DNA of 64,000 nucleotides from Adineta vaga (GCA_021613535.1 CP075495.1:2356001-2420000), one strand, 5' to 3'. Positions 27,101-42,719 are shown, counted from the first letter of the stretch. Program-made: numbers and translations. The notes: generated by a model from the sequence alone, not told the origin.

Positions 27101-30100
27101 ATATAGACATTAATCGGAAATGAAAAGCAAAGCGCAACATAAGAGGACAACAAAGAAAGAAGGAGAGAATGTTCAATGTCTTACTGAGAATATTAACTGA
27201 ATGATAGGATTCCATTCGAGTACCATTTCCATGGTGAAATATACATTTATAGACGCCTGAATCGGATGCCTATGAAGATAAGAATTGAATAGAATGTTAT
27301 CGTTATTATCTCTTGTCTTACGTATGTTTGATCGATAATTAATGTTCCATTTCGATAATCAATTCGATTTCGATTTAATGAATTGATTTTTAATGGTAAA
27401 CCATTATGAAACCATTCGACAGTACCAAGAAAATTTCCATTGATGACTAAATCAATTTCACAGGATAGTATTAAACGATGACCAGAAGTAATCGCACGAT
27501 TCTGACTTTTTGGATGAGCTAAATACAAAACAAAGTATATATTACTACACAATATGCATTAGTCTGAAAAGCTCGTACGTCGAACAGTAACTGTGACTGG
27601 TGAAGACATGATAAATTGTTGATTCAATGAATTATTTGAGTAACATTGATAAACTCCTGTATGTTCATCAATTGCTTTATTAATTCGAAGAATATTTCTA
27701 TCATAAAAATGTGTTAAATATTGAATATGATCAATCGAATGACCATTATGTAACCATTGAATATCTAATGGATTAATAAAATTTGTTTGACAAATTAATT
27801 CTAAAGAATCTCCATAATCGAGAATTAAATCTTTTGGTGAGATGATTAGAAAAGGAAGTTGATCTAAAAGATAAATTTTAAATCGATATTTGTTATATCG
27901 AATTTAGATAACAAAAATTGCAACATACTTGAAATTGTTTCATATCCAAGAGTTGTTGTTATCGATTGATTGTCAAGAACATTTAAACTAAATTGTTTTG
28001 TCGTTTGTCCAATAGGATTATGAGCAGAACAAAGAATTTCACCTGCATGATTTTTTCTAACATATAAAATAACTTCATTTCTTCTAATGAATACTCTTTT
28101 TCTCGTTATTACATACTCGAGCTGATCAATATACAAATTCCCAAATGAATCAACAATAGCTGTTCCAGATACATTATATATTCCATGCCATGTTATTATT
28201 GGAATAGGAATACCATTAGCTTGACAAGATAGTTTTACTGATTGACCAACAATACCCGTATAATGTCTTTCGATTTGATCGATTGATGGTGGAACTAAAA
28301 AGTCATAGATATATTCAATTGAAATTTTTTTAAAAGAAAATCAATACCTTGAACTTCAAGACGAATTTGTGCATATGTACGGCGAACAAGATTTTCCGCC
28401 CAACATAAATAATAACCTGTATCTTGAACTTGCAAATGATGAATTCTTAATGAACCATTATTCAAAATTTGAAAACCTAAAAGAATGAAGTTAATATCGT
28501 GACATTTATTCTCTTTAGATTATACCTGGTTGTGCGTCAATAGAACGACCGGCTTTCGTCCAATAAATAAATGGAAGAGGTTGACCATCTGCTTGACAAC
28601 TAAGTGTTATAGGTTTGTTAACAATTCCGATAATTTCATTATTTTCAACTGTAACTATCGGCGGAACTAATGAGAAAATCAGAACATGAAGGTTATTGTT
28701 AGTCATGTTTAGGAAACGTGCTCAAGAAAAAGAAATGAAGAATTCTAATGAGCAATAGAATATGAAATTATGTTTACCATTGACATCCAAATGAAGATCG
28801 ATGAAATCTTGTCCAGCATCATTTATTATCATACATTGATATTTACCATGATCAGATTTTGTCGTATGAAGAAGAAGTAAACTATTGGATGATGTGATTT
28901 TATATTTTAAATCATGACTACTTTCGATAAGATTCAATTCGATATTATTATGAAACCATCTGGAAAAAATGAATAGATAAAGAAAATCTTCAGAATAAAA
29001 GAATTCTTTTATATTATACTTGACAATGGGTACAGGATGTCCTTGAATAACACGACAAGGAAGTTCTATAGGCTTTGGAGCGATGACAAGATATGATGTA
29101 TTCTCTCGTTGAATTCGAGGAGAAACTAAAAATAAAGTTACTTTCGAATGTATTTGTTGGATAAGTTATTATTCAACAACCTAATACTATCAAACGAAAT
29201 TGTTGTTTAGCTTCACCAGCTTTACTATAAGCTATACATGTATAAATTCCACCTTGAGATGGATCCGCTTGAATAATTAGTAATTGTGAACCACCTGGAC
29301 CAATTCTAGTAAGAATATTGAAATATTTAAAGATGATTTCTTTACTTATCTATCTTTACCTATATCGTGCACTTGATGTGTCAACAGGTAGACCATCTTT
29401 TTCCCAAGATACAGAAGGCCATGGATCTCCTAAAGAAAACAGAACTCGGAAAATATTTTATGGAATAGTTCTTTTTAATATGTCAACCATTAGCTGTACA
29501 AGTTAAAGCTACATGATGATGTTGAATAACAGTTACATTATCTTCATTTGGTTCACGTTGAATTATTGGTGGTACTAAATTAGATCATGAGAAATGATGG
29601 AATCATTTAAAAATCATTCCTACCAAAAATTTGTAATTCAATATGATTGGATAATTCACCGGCAATATTCGTACCGATACATGTATAACGAGCATGATCA
29701 TTGACATTAACAGATTGAATTATTAATACACGATTTTCTTCGAGTAATTCATATCTTTCTAAAACAAATCATCAAATTTTGAAATCTTTTTTTTTCTCGA
29801 TTTTTAGTAATTTACTATTATCAATTTGTAATTCTTGTCCATTCATTAACCACATAATATTTGGAGTAGGTTTACCATGCATTGGACATTCAAGACGAGC
29901 TGTTTGACTTGCTTTTACCTGATAAATTTCTACTAAATTCGATCGATCAATGCTGGGTGGTGCTACAATAAACATCGTTTCCTTATTTCAAATACATCAA
30001 TATTTCTTACTAAAAACATCTAAATGATATGTTAGATTTCGTTGACCAGCTACATTTGACATATGACATGTGTATATACCAGCATCTGATAGATGAGCTG

Positions 30101-33100
30101 AATCGATTTGTAACTTATCTCCATTTCCTAATAATCTACCGATAAACACGAAGGAATAGAATTTCAATCCTCAAAAATGAGATAATTATTCATTTACCGA
30201 GCATAGGAATGAGATTCAACAAGATTTTTCTCATCTTTCAACCACTGATAATTCAAATCCGGTACACCAAATCCATGGCAAGATAAGATAATATTCTTTC
30301 CCAGGATAACATAAGGATTCAAATTAATATTTGATAATTGAATATCAGGTGGAACTAACAAAAAAGAAAATCTATTTCAAATCATTTTCTTTTCATTTCG
30401 ATTTCTTTTACCATAAATTTGAATATCGAATATCTGTTGAGATCGACCTGCTAGATTTTCTGCATGACATTGATATCGACCACGATCGATTAGAGAGATA
30501 TTTTCAATAAATAACTTCATATTATTTTCTTTAATAGATATTCTAGAATAAAAATAATGAAGAAGTTCATCGTTGTGAGAAATGAAGAATTAACTTTTGC
30601 TTTTTCAATACCTTTCAAAATCCGATAGAATTTGATCATTTTTCGTCCAGATTATCGTTGGTAAAGGAATTGCATGTAATAAACAAGTTAATACTAATGA
30701 TTCACCTTTCATTTTTGTTATTTCATTTATCATAGGCCCATTGTTCAGTATAGCTGGTGGTACTGAAAATGAAAACGTTCATTCTTTCTATTCGGTAGAA
30801 GAAATTAAAACAAACATACAAAGAATATCAATTTGAATATCTTTTTTTATTGAATCAATTTTATTTTCGGCTAAACATGTATATAAACCTGTATCATTCA
30901 ATGAAGCACGTACCACTTGGTAATATCGATTATGTCCTGAAGATAATCGTTGACTAAAATATAGTACAATGTAATGATATGATGGATTATATAAATAAAA
31001 TTACTTATTAAAATGCCAGGAAATAACTGGTTCAGGTATGCCATTAGCATTACAATCCAAAGTAAAGTGATTTCCGGCAATAGGTGTTGCTGTTGGCGTT
31101 ATAGATATTGAATCAATTGTTGGAGGTACTAAATTAATGATGAATATCAATTAGTATAACCTTTAAGAAATTTGACAAGGGGAACGGTCAACTGAATTTT
31201 TTGTTTTTTATTCAAAACTCATCATGAATAATAATAGTGTAAATATATATTACTCGATCTTTTAAACACTTAACGCACTTGTATATAGACACTTATAATC
31301 GCTCATGAAGTACTCAAAATATAGGAGAAGAAAACCTCTTTTTGCTATTGTCGTAATCATAGTGAAGTAAATTTTTGTTTTTAACGAGTCAAATAAATGA
31401 AAAATGTCTCTTCAACCTTTGTAAACTTAGTCATAATGCGATAACATTGTTCAATAGAGATAAGAACACAATGTCAGATCGTTCATTTCTCATGTATATT
31501 ATGCTTTCTTTATCAAGATCAAACGTTTTCCAATTCAGATTTATTCATACCTAAACGATTGATACGATAGTGTTGTTCAATAGTTCCTGCTTCATTCGAA
31601 GCAATACATGTATAAATCATTCGTCCATCATTTTGTATCGATGAAAGTACTACAGGTAAGTAATGATTACCATATTGTAGATGACGACCTTCTCTCAACC
31701 AAACAATCTAGAACATATATTTCTCTAGAAATGATTTCATTTATTAAATCATCTTATTACTGTTGGTTTTGGATTTCCATATGTTGTACAAGTTAAATTA
31801 ATTGTTGAATTAAAAATAAGTTCAATATTGATTATATCATTTCCAAATCGTGGTGGAACTAAATAGAAATTATTCATAATAGATTTCATTGATAATAATA
31901 TTTACCCAAAACTTGTAATTCAATTTTATGTTTACTTTTTCCTGCAAGATTTTCAGCTATACATGTATAATTTCCTGCATCACGTTCATTAATATTTCGA
32001 ATTTCTAAATATTGATCATCTCGAAATAATTCGATTCGTTTATTCTAGAAAAAAGAAAAATCATCAATTTCATTTTGTTTCTCTAAGAAAAAATCATAGA
32101 ATAGTTTACATCAATATCAAATTTTCTGCCATTTTTCAACCATTTAATCGTTGGTCTTGGAATACCTTTGACTAAACATGGCAATGTATAAGTACGATTC
32201 AATTGAACTTTATGACGATGTATTGATACATGATCAAATACTGGTGGAAGAAGAATATCAACTAAAAATTGTTTTTCACTTTTACCAATTGAATTCGATG
32301 CTATACATGTATATGTTCCACCATCATGTTCGCTATTGACAGTTATTTGCAAAATTTCTGTATGATTCGTTTTAGTTCTAAAACAGAAAATGAAAATTTT
32401 GCAATATTTAATCAGATATTAAGATTAAATAATACATGATATATTTATTACGATCGATTGTATGACCATTTTTTCGCCATTCAATAGATGCTGGTGGATG
32501 TGCAAATGTTTGACATGTCAATTGAATAGTATGATTATGTTCTACTTGAAATAATTCTTCCGTATCTTCATTGACAATTTCAGGTGGTACTAAAATTATT
32601 CGAATGAAGAAGTACAGAAGAAGAAGACAAAAGAAAAGGGAACTTTTTACCAAGAATTTCTAATTGAAATTCAAGTGAATCAAAACCATAGTCATTTGCA
32701 ACGATACATTTCCAAATTTGACCATCTTCAATTTGTACATTAGGTATAATCAATTGATTCTCATTCAATTTTAATGATTGTCGAATATGTTCATGTTCAT
32801 TTTGAAATGATGGTGGAATCCATGTCGTATTGATTATTGTGATTAATGACGAACGTTCAGTTGTATATGGACAAGAAAGAGTCAACGATGAACCGCGAAC
32901 AACACTTGGATGAGTATTGATATGACTTCGTAAGATTTCCGGTGGTCCTGAGATGATAATATTGAAATATCGTCGATCAATTCCAATATTATTCGAAACG
33001 ATACATGAATAAAGTCCTGCATCTTGTCGATCAACAGTAGGTATTATTAATTCTTTATCAACGCCATACAATTCAATTTCATTTTTAAACCTAGATAAAA

Positions 33101-36100
33101 TATGAATTAAAAATTAAATAAATCTTTTTTTCTATTTCTAACCAACGAGTCATTGGTGTTGGATATCCACTGGCTGGACATTGTAGTGTTAAACTTTCAT
33201 TTCGACGAATAATCATACGATTTGTTTCATTATTCATATTAATAGTAGGTGGTGCTTTGAAAATCAAACGAGAATAGAATATAGGAATCAATTTCATCAA
33301 AAACGTACCATATGGTTCTAATAGAAATCGTTTTCGAATTTCACCAGCTCGATTCTTTGCCATACATTCATAGATACCTGCATGATTAATCTAGAAAAAA
33401 GAATTCTTTATATTACAATAAAGTAAGAAGAAATTCTCTCAACTTGAATATGATCTATAATATATTCTTCTTCTTGTTTAGATTCTAAAACAGTATTTGT
33501 TTCAAATGACCATGTTATTGAAGGTTTTGGAAAACCATAAGCAAAACAAGGTAATGATACTGTTGAATTGATTAATGCATGTAATTTAACTTGTGTTAAT
33601 GAATCATTAAATATCGGAGGTACTAGAATATGTTTCATATGAAATTTTATGAAAATATATAACAATGAAATATACCTGAGACATCAATATCAAGATGATT
33701 CTCAGCTCGACCAGCGGAATTTTCAGCAACACATGTATAACGACCTGCATCATTTAATGTTAAATGTTCAATTTCAATATATAGACCATCGTATACAGAT
33801 CTAAGAAAGAAAAACGATATCATAAAATTCCAATCATCATTGCTATGTATTCATTCGTTCGTTCTAAGTAATCTTTAACGAAAATCATTCTTTTTTCTCG
33901 ATTATTCTTACCGTATACGCGGTAAATCAACTAGATTTCTTCCATTGAAAAACCATCGTCGAAGAGGTATTGGTTTTCCTTCTACAGAACATGGTAAACG
34001 TAAATGTTCACCATTTTTATAGAACTGTTCTCTTGCAAATATTCCATTATGTTCATGTATAAATTTCGGAGGAACTAAATACAAATAAATAACATTGATT
34101 TTAATTTTTCTCGAAAAAAAAACAACAAAACAGAATCCAATGATCTTTCTTACTCATCACATTTATATCATAGACAATATCAATTGATCCAATTGTATTT
34201 GTTGCTTGACAAACATATCGACCTTCATCATCAGACTAAATAGATAAAAGAAATTTTTCTTCTCTTGAAAAAACAAAATAATTTCCTTTCGAATTACTTT
34301 AATTTTATTAATAATGAATTTTTTTCCATTTTGTTTTATATGAATATGTCTTTTATTTGAAGGAATATCATGGCCATTGTAATACCATTGTATTTTCGGT
34401 TTCGGTATACCAATAGCTGGACATAATAATACTAGAGTATGATTAACAATAGCTGATTTCTTTTGAAGACGATTTTGATTTTCAGATTGATGTTCAAAAT
34501 ATGGAGAAACTAAATCATTCAATCGGTTCGAATAAATCAATCATCGAAATCAATTCTCTTACGATAAACAGATACATTGAATAGTCGATATGTTGAGCCA
34601 GCTTTATTCGTTGCTACACAACGATAAATTCCTTCATCTGACGGTTTAATATTCGGTAGAATATATAGATCATTCGTATCGAAGATTTGCAATTTTTGAT
34701 CATCTTTAAACCATTGAATAAGTGGTTTTGGTGTGCCAATAGTTGGACAGATTAGATTAATAGAAGTATTAACTGCTGCTTGAACAACGGATATTTCTTC
34801 AGCACCAGTAATTGAAGGTGGAACTTGAACAAAGAAAAGAAGAAATGACTCTTTTATTTACTGTAAATGATTTTCATACTGTTCACATTTAGTTGAATAT
34901 GTCGCGTGATGGTTCCTGCTGGATTCGTTGCTTTACAATGATATTGATCATTATGTATAGGTTCAACTTTTCGAATTTCTAATGAACCATTTTCATGTAA
35001 ATAAGTATTTATATCTTGATTAGCTAAATGAAAAAGAATGATGACACGAATGTAATTATGAAAAAGAACTACATACGATCTATTGGATTGTTTTGACGGA
35101 ACCAAACGATAGTTGGTGGAGGATGTGCCATAACTGAACAAGGTAGAAGGATTGAATTGTAAATGTTGATATCGAGTTCAGTTTTGTTAGAATTATCTTC
35201 TGAACTAGGTGGTTCTAGAACGATTCGATATTTATAGAAAAATAAGATGTTATAGATTAAATTATGTTTGGCAACAAAAATAAGTTGAGGTAGAGTCTGA
35301 AGTATTGTTAGCGAGGATACATTTCAAGCTGAAAGACATGCAAAGATCTTGTTTCGATGAACTTCTTGTACTGGTTTCTTTTCTTTATAATTAAAACGAA
35401 TAGATATTCAAATGATATCATTTGCCTATTGAATAAAAAAGTTTCATTTCAATGTGTAACATCTCGTCTACCGTATCAGAAGATTACCCATGGATGATGT
35501 TACAGAATTAATGTGTATCTCAAAAAGAATCTATAGTAATAAATGTTCTTAATTTAAGTTTCAATCCTTTAAAATGAAGACTCATTCTACAACTTCATCT
35601 TTCGCTATAATTCCCCTGGATTTAGAAAACTTTACCATAAACATCAACTTGATATTGTTGTTTAGCTTGTCCAATTTCATTCTTAACTTCACAAATGAAT
35701 GAACCACGATCGATTGTTTTCAATGAATAAATATTCAATGAACCTGTTGAATCCATTATTATTCGATTCTCTTCGAATATTAATTCCTAAATATCCAAGG
35801 TGTATGTCGTCATAAAATAATACATCATCTTTTCTCTCTTTTACTTTATCATCTTTAAACCATTTCACTATTGGTTTTGGTAAACCAATATGATTACAAG
35901 GCAATATTAATGCTTTGGAAATAATTCCGTATAAATATCGTTCGGCTTCGAATGTAAAACGTGGAATCACTAAATAAAGAAACGAAAATGAAATTCTATT
36001 CAAAATTCATTTCTTGTTTAACGAACTTGTAACACTTAAATGAATATCAGCACTTGTATTACCGAATAGATTCGTCGCTAAACATGTGTAAATACCCGTC

Positions 36101-39100
36101 TGATGCTGTTGACTATTTGCAATCAAGATTTCCGATCGATCATCATAATTAATTAAACGTTCTGTTTTATTTTGATACCACCTTGAAAAGAATAATGAAT
36201 AAGTCTGAAACAAGGATATAAATATTTACATACATTATTTGTGGTTTTGGAATGCCATAAATGTCACATATCAATTGAATTTGTTCTCCAATTTCAACTT
36301 GAATATCTTCTTTTGGAATATTTATAGTTGGTTTAACTAGAATGAAATAAACCAAACAAAGAAGTATTTTATAAAATTACAAATGATTTCATCATACGTC
36401 CAACATCAAGACGAATCGATACAGATGATGATCCAACAGTATTTTGAACTAAACATGTATAATTTCCATCATCTCCATCTTCTGAAGCATTTCTTATTTC
36501 TAAATGTCCATTTTCACTTGTCTGATGGCGAGTTACCTAGATTAAAAAAAAGAGAATTTCTCAAAAAGTAATCTCTTCACTTTTCTTACCAATTCATTAG
36601 CTTTAAACCATCGTATATCAGGAAATGTTTCACCTGGTACACTACATATTAAATCAACATTTTCACCTGGAGAAATCAATATATGAGAATTATTTGTTGA
36701 TACCATTGGTGGATCTATAAATCATAGAAAGATATTTCATATCATCTTTAGATAAAATTGATTTACCAGCATAAATTAATTGAGCAATTTTAATATCTTC
36801 ACCTGCTGTATTACTTCCAATACATTCGTAAAAACCTTTTTAAATTGACAAATATGTCTTATCGATTAAAATTGAAGATGTGATTTTTTATCGTACCTTC
36901 ATCAGCTTTTGTTGCCATCATAATATTTAAAATACCATTATGACTTCTTATTGTTGATGATTGTTCAATTGGATTTTGACTATATTGTCGTCTCCATATT
37001 AACAATGGACGTGGTATTCCATTCATACCAATACATGTCAATGTTATATTCCAATGATGTGAATATATAATCGATTGTGGATAAATATAAATAAGTGGAA
37101 TTTCTACTCGAAAGAAGAAATGAAAAATAAAAATTATATGAAACAACTCTACCTTGTACATGTATTGTTATTCGTTCTTGTGTTTCACCACCTTCATTAC
37201 TTACAATACAAACAAATATTGATCCATCATCAGATTTTTGAATATTTCTAAATAGGTGTATACATTCAAAAGCTATGCATTCTTCAAAATAATTTACCGA
37301 ATTTCTAGTGTTCCATTCTTATGAATACTTGTTCGATCTTGTCGTGGTTCCATCTAATACCGATGAAGATAAATCTTGTTTCCATATTAAATTATAATCT
37401 TTTATATCATCTTGTACAATACAATCTATTGTAACTGTACTATTAATCAATGCAAATAAAGATTTTGATGGTACGGTTCGAATCAATGCTGGTGCAGCTA
37501 GATTTTTATAAAATAAATTTAAATAATTCATTGTTTCTTTTTCATTCAGATGTTTGAAAACATACCGAGTACATCAACTTGAATCTCTCCCGTATCAAAA
37601 CCACTTGCACTCGTTACATTACATAAATACAATCCTTCATCATAGATTTCTGTTGGTTTTTCGATAAAATATTCAATTGTTGTTATATCCGCACTAAAAG
37701 AACTCTCAAAAAGATGTACTCATTTCAAAATAAAGTTCATGTATACATACGGATGATTTGATGTGGAAAGTAATTGTCCATCTTTAAACCATTTAACTTG
37801 ATATGCAAGTTGACTTTGAATATGACATTGAATGTTTGTTGGAGCATTTGATTTGATTTGAATAGAATTCATATCAATATGAACAACTGGTTTTAATGGA
37901 ATGTAGGATGTTAAAGCTGTTGAACTTAAACGTTGAAAATGATGACCATCACTATCAATACCAGTTAACTACAAATCAATTCATGTTTCAATTTATCAAA
38001 GAAAAAACATAAAAGTAGAAAAGAAATATACTCGAATATAAAAGAATAAACTATGAATAGGTGGTAGAAATTTATTCATTGTAGAATAAAATGTTTGAAG
38101 TTGTTGATTGATTTGAATTGGTTCATTAACAAGAACATTACCAAATAGATCAACTAATTCAATATGTTCACCATGATGAATATCATCTATATGATTGACT
38201 TCCACAGTTAAATGTGTTAATGAACCTAAAGTTATTTTTTTTCTTCAAATGATAGAAAGTTATTAGAATCGATATCATATTTCTACCTTGAATTGGTTGT
38301 CGACGTGTTCGAATCAAATCCGTCATTGGATTTGATGAAAATCCATGTCGAAATGTTAATCGACTAAGTCCAGTTATTCGTATTGAATGTGCGGAAGAAG
38401 ATGTAACTTGAATTTGCCATTGACCTGTCTAAATTTACACAAGATAATTAGAAAAGATGCATCAACGGAATATCTTCATTAAATATGACACATCTCTCCT
38501 AAACGAAAGTTCAGTTCTTCATAGAGATAATTTACCATTGGATGTTTAATATTAAGAATATAAACTTCTTTAAGACGTAAAAGACGAGTAAACCAATCAC
38601 GTGGATTTAATGTCTTATCTATTGACAGACAAAAATGTGATATAATACAAATTATTGAAAATCAATTCATACTTGATGGATCGATTAATATCACTTGTGG
38701 ATTTGCACCACTGACTGATATGGTAAATTCGAGAAGTTTAGAATCCACTGCTAATGTATAGTTTTCTTTGTTTCGTTTAATACGATCAATAACTAAGAGA
38801 TTAACTTTTCGTGTTTGTGTTGTATATTGAACAAAATTAAGAATCTATTTAAAATCAAATCTTATGAATGAAACTTAAATTTGAATTTACTTCAATCATA
38901 CTTCGCTAACTTGTTGTTTATGTAAGGTAAATACTTGTCCACTACTAGTTGCAGCTATTTTATGAAAGATTTGATAACCAATATGATTTTGATCACCACA
39001 ATCACCAGTCATAACAAAGACAACCTTTTAGGTTTGTTTGAAAACAAAAAGTTAAAATAACATTATGAAAAAGAAAACAATGAAGAGATTACTTGACTTT

Positions 39101-39594
39101 GTTTTTCTTGAATTAATTTGAGTACAATATCACCTAGTTTATAATCTTTTGAACGCGCATCTGTAAAAACATATATAAACGAATTAGGTAAGGATTGCTC
39201 AAGTGCTAATTTAATTGCTGTAATCGTCATTTCAGGACAATCACCACCACCTTGAACAATCAGTTCTTGTAAACCACGTTGAAAACGTGTAGAATCACGT
39301 GTTTTTAATACAGGTCCAACATCTACATATCAACATTGATAGATCAATTTTGAAATTGAATTATTTCCTACCCGGATCAGCAAATGGAATGAGAATATAA
39401 TCATAAATCGAATATTCTCGTCGAAGAGTTGCATTATAGATATGTGTTGCACCTTGAATAACTTGCAAAAGATCATCATGCATCGATCCAGTTACATCAA
39501 AGACAAACGTTACACTTGATGTTCCCAATGGTGGATTCATTTGATTCGAAAATCGAATACATACTAATAGAATCAATCCAATTATTGTTCTCAT
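21187..39594 (-). CDS. HMCN: Hemicentin (vWA, ~27 Ig, G2F, EGF, fibulin C-terminal); apparent 1-nt frameshift near 37350
   Basis: Signal peptide; vWA ([45 protein letters not shown]); about 27 Ig repeats starting PP-x-I/F (counted by eye); divergent G2F exons at ~25943-25681, ~25580-25456 and ~22528-22382; cbEGF ([15 protein letters not shown]); C-terminal INVSPFHF*. Confidence 0.93.
22765..24683 (-). CDS. Divergent 7-transmembrane (GPCR-like) protein, ~615 aa, nested in a hemicentin intron on the same strand
   Basis: Exons 24683-24403 and 24331-22765 join in frame across a 71-nt GT-AG intron; seven hydrophobic segments, long loop between TM5 and TM6, Pro in TM6 ([10 protein letters not shown]), His-rich N-terminus. 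Confidence 0.75.
25213..25238. repeat. (GAA)n trinucleotide repeat
   Basis: About eight tandem gaa units in the hemicentin intron upstream of the nested gene. Confidence 0.8.
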
Positions 39595-42360
39595 TTGTGT
39601 TTAGTTCAATATTGAATATATGTGAGTTGGTAATAACCGTTTATTATATGTATAAAACATATACTCGTCTTCCTTCTTTTTTCTTCTTTTAGTTTCTCTC
39701 GTTCTTTTTTTCTTTTTTTCATAGGCATGTATGTAAAGCCTTCAGGATGTGTTCAATCGGCAAAACGAGAACGTATGAATGATGACCTAACAGATTAAAT
39801 CAATGTGTTACTATCAGTTTGATCATCAAGATGTGTTTATGCATGCATGCATGCACGAATAAAACGACTAGCGGTTAGATGAACTTAAAGTAAAGTTATT
39901 TATTATTTTGTCTCTCATCATCGTCTTCTTCTTCTTCTTTCTTTAATTCTACATGACCAATCAATTGATTCTCTTTTAGATTTGTATATTTAGACATATC
40001 AGCCTTCAGGTAAAACACAATTGTTCAATTAATCATTTAGTCTTCATGAACCAAAATATATGATAGAATTGTTGAACAAGGTCAAAAAAAAAGAATTTGA
40101 CATTCAAAAAAGAGACTGTTGTTATCAACGAATCATTCAACTCTATATTTATGAACTTTTCAAACAGCAATTGTTTCCATTTCCACAACCGTCAAATCAA
40201 TTAAATATAGTGTCTGATATTTTTAAACATTGACATAATATTATTTCATCTATAATTAACTCTTTGATAAAAAATAAGAAAAAAACCTATTGATTATATA
40301 TAATTTATTCACTGAATAACAATAAAAGCACAATCTTATTAATAACTTAAACGAGAATAAAAGATAAATTATCTCATTTTATATTTGATTTATATCCTGT
40401 CAGAAAATATTTTTCTTTCCAAAGGCGGGTAAATACTATATCCATTTCAAATTATATATGACCATTTTGTGTCCTGATGTTACAATATTCTCCAAACTTC
40501 TTTACATACGCACTTACGCGTAGAATAATTCATCAAATATATTCATGTCATTAAGTACTTTTTTTATTCAATTCTGACTAATATAAATATCTCAAATAGG
40601 ATGTATCGAGACACTCCTATTATCGATTTTCATATGCATGAGCGTGAGTAGCATTAGAACAAAAATAGATCTGCGTAAATAAGGTAAACGGTTCTCTCAT
40701 AAAGAGAGAAAAAAAATTACTATCTAGCTGTATGACAGAAATGCGTGAGAAGTTAGATTGATCGATCTGCATGTCTATTAATATTTCGTAATGTCCCCGT
40801 TGACAGATAGAAGAATTTTAGTCGGCATGAGAAGTACATCAAATGATTATATTCTTATTCTATTCGTTGTCAGTGCCTTAGAGTCGAATAGTTTTATGCG
40901 GATGAAAGAATTCTAACAACATCCCTAACATTCATAGATTCTGACATTAAGAAAGACATACCGTTATAAAGGAAGATAGAGAAGGCAAATTTCTCTTCAT
41001 TTCTCTTCTTTTTTTATTATTGTAGATGGATAGTGTGTTTGACAGATAACAGGAATATTCAACTTTCTAACTTATCATTCACAATAATAAAGGTAAATGA
41101 ATATATTATTTCTTGAAGATATAATTTATTTGATTAAGTTGAAATTTTGTTTTTAAGTAGAGAAATAATCGAAAAATGAATGTCAATTTTTTTTGCTTCT
41201 CATTGATAAGCAAATAGGGGGGAAAAAGAAGAAGATTCTTATTCAAATAATGATCTTTTTGAGAAGTAGAAAAGAACTGATGTGTTAGACGTTCATATTA
41301 CAAGAATGTGCGTATTCATGTTTGAGACGTCAAATTTCTCATGTGACATTCGTTACTAGATAATTGAACACGAGAATGAATAGTTCTTCTGACTGACATA
41401 TACATAAGTAGCAAAAAACAGAGAGAAAGAAAAAGAAGAAAAAAGCACGAGTCATTAGCTTATATTCATCAATGATGCTTAGAATACGCATGTCAAATGA
41501 GTTAGATCTGTTCGAGTTGAATAATGAATAGAATAACTCGGTAGCCAATTAATAAATTTGATGAAAAAAAAGAAGAAGACTGGAGACAATATGAAAAGAA
41601 TATCTACTTAGTTTTCCTTTTTTTTTAGGTTAGATCAATTATGATCTATTGTATAAGATATACCCTACAGAGAAACAAGAAACTTCTCGAAGAATACTTC
41701 AAGTCTAATCATGCATTTCAGTAAACATATATAGAACAAAAGAATGTGACGAAAAAATAAAAACTGTGCATAATAAAAAACAAAGTATGAAGTATATATA
41801 TATATATATGTTTGATTGAAAGAGTACTCGAAAAATGATTCTCTCTTCATCTTCTTTCTGACAAATCGTTCGTTATGAAATTATATGCTGTGAAATAGAG
41901 AAGAATGGGAAATGAACACTTTATAGAGAAAAGTTGTCTATCGAATAAAAACGACTAACGTTCTATAACTTGACATAAGCACGATCTATTTGTTGTCTAC
42001 TTATTTTCTATATCTTAGAAATTTCTTTAGAGATATATTTCTTCTTTTTTTAAAATAAAAGCCAACCTTGTTGCGCTAATCTACCTTCTACCTTCTTTCT
42101 TCTTCTCTTAACTCTTTTTCAAATCTTATCGTGTGCATCCGCTGTCAGGCGATACATATCCTTTTCCTCTCTTTTACTACGCAAATATGACGTATTATTC
42201 ATCAATATGTCTCTGTTTCTTGATTATTAAGTGTTCATTTTATTTCATATATATATATATATTTACGTCAATTGTGTAGAGGCCTAAACTAATTCTCTTT
42301 TCAACGTCATTCTATTCAATGTTTTATAAACCATATAAATTAATAGACGCAACAACAACT

Positions 42361-42378
42361 AGAGAGAGAGAGAGAGAG
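42361..42378. repeat. (AG)n microsatellite upstream of the RASD-like gene
   Basis: agagagagagagagagag. Confidence 0.8.
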
Positions 42379-42719
42379 TCTGTTAGTGTTTTTTGTTCCT
42401 TTCTTCATAGTTCCCCTCTCATTCTTCTTCTTTTTTTTTCTCTTTTTTTTCTACATTATCATTGACTCATCTTTCTAATACCAATTATTATTAGTTTTTC
42501 TCCCTCTCTCTCTCTAGTCCTCACGTCTTTCTATATATATATATATAAAAGAGAGAAAGAGTTGAGCGTTCCACATCGGTGTTTGACAAGAATAAAATCT
42601 GTGCAAGCATTTTCTTTTCTTTTTCTTCTCCTACTGATTTCACCTCTAGTTAGATTTCATCAAAGATTGTCATTGACATTGTCATTATTATCTCAACATA
42701 CAAATTCACTTCAATTAAC

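Noticed and set aside
31130-31550. Enlarged hemicentin intron with a MITE-like look (aaggggaacggtcaactg)
   Set aside because: No matching inverted end found; needs a genome-wide repeat library.
37354-37360. 7-nt GT..AG stretch (gtattag, minus strand) whose removal would fix the hemicentin frameshift
   Set aside because: Far below the minimum spliceosomal intron size; a 1-nt indel is the simpler explanation.
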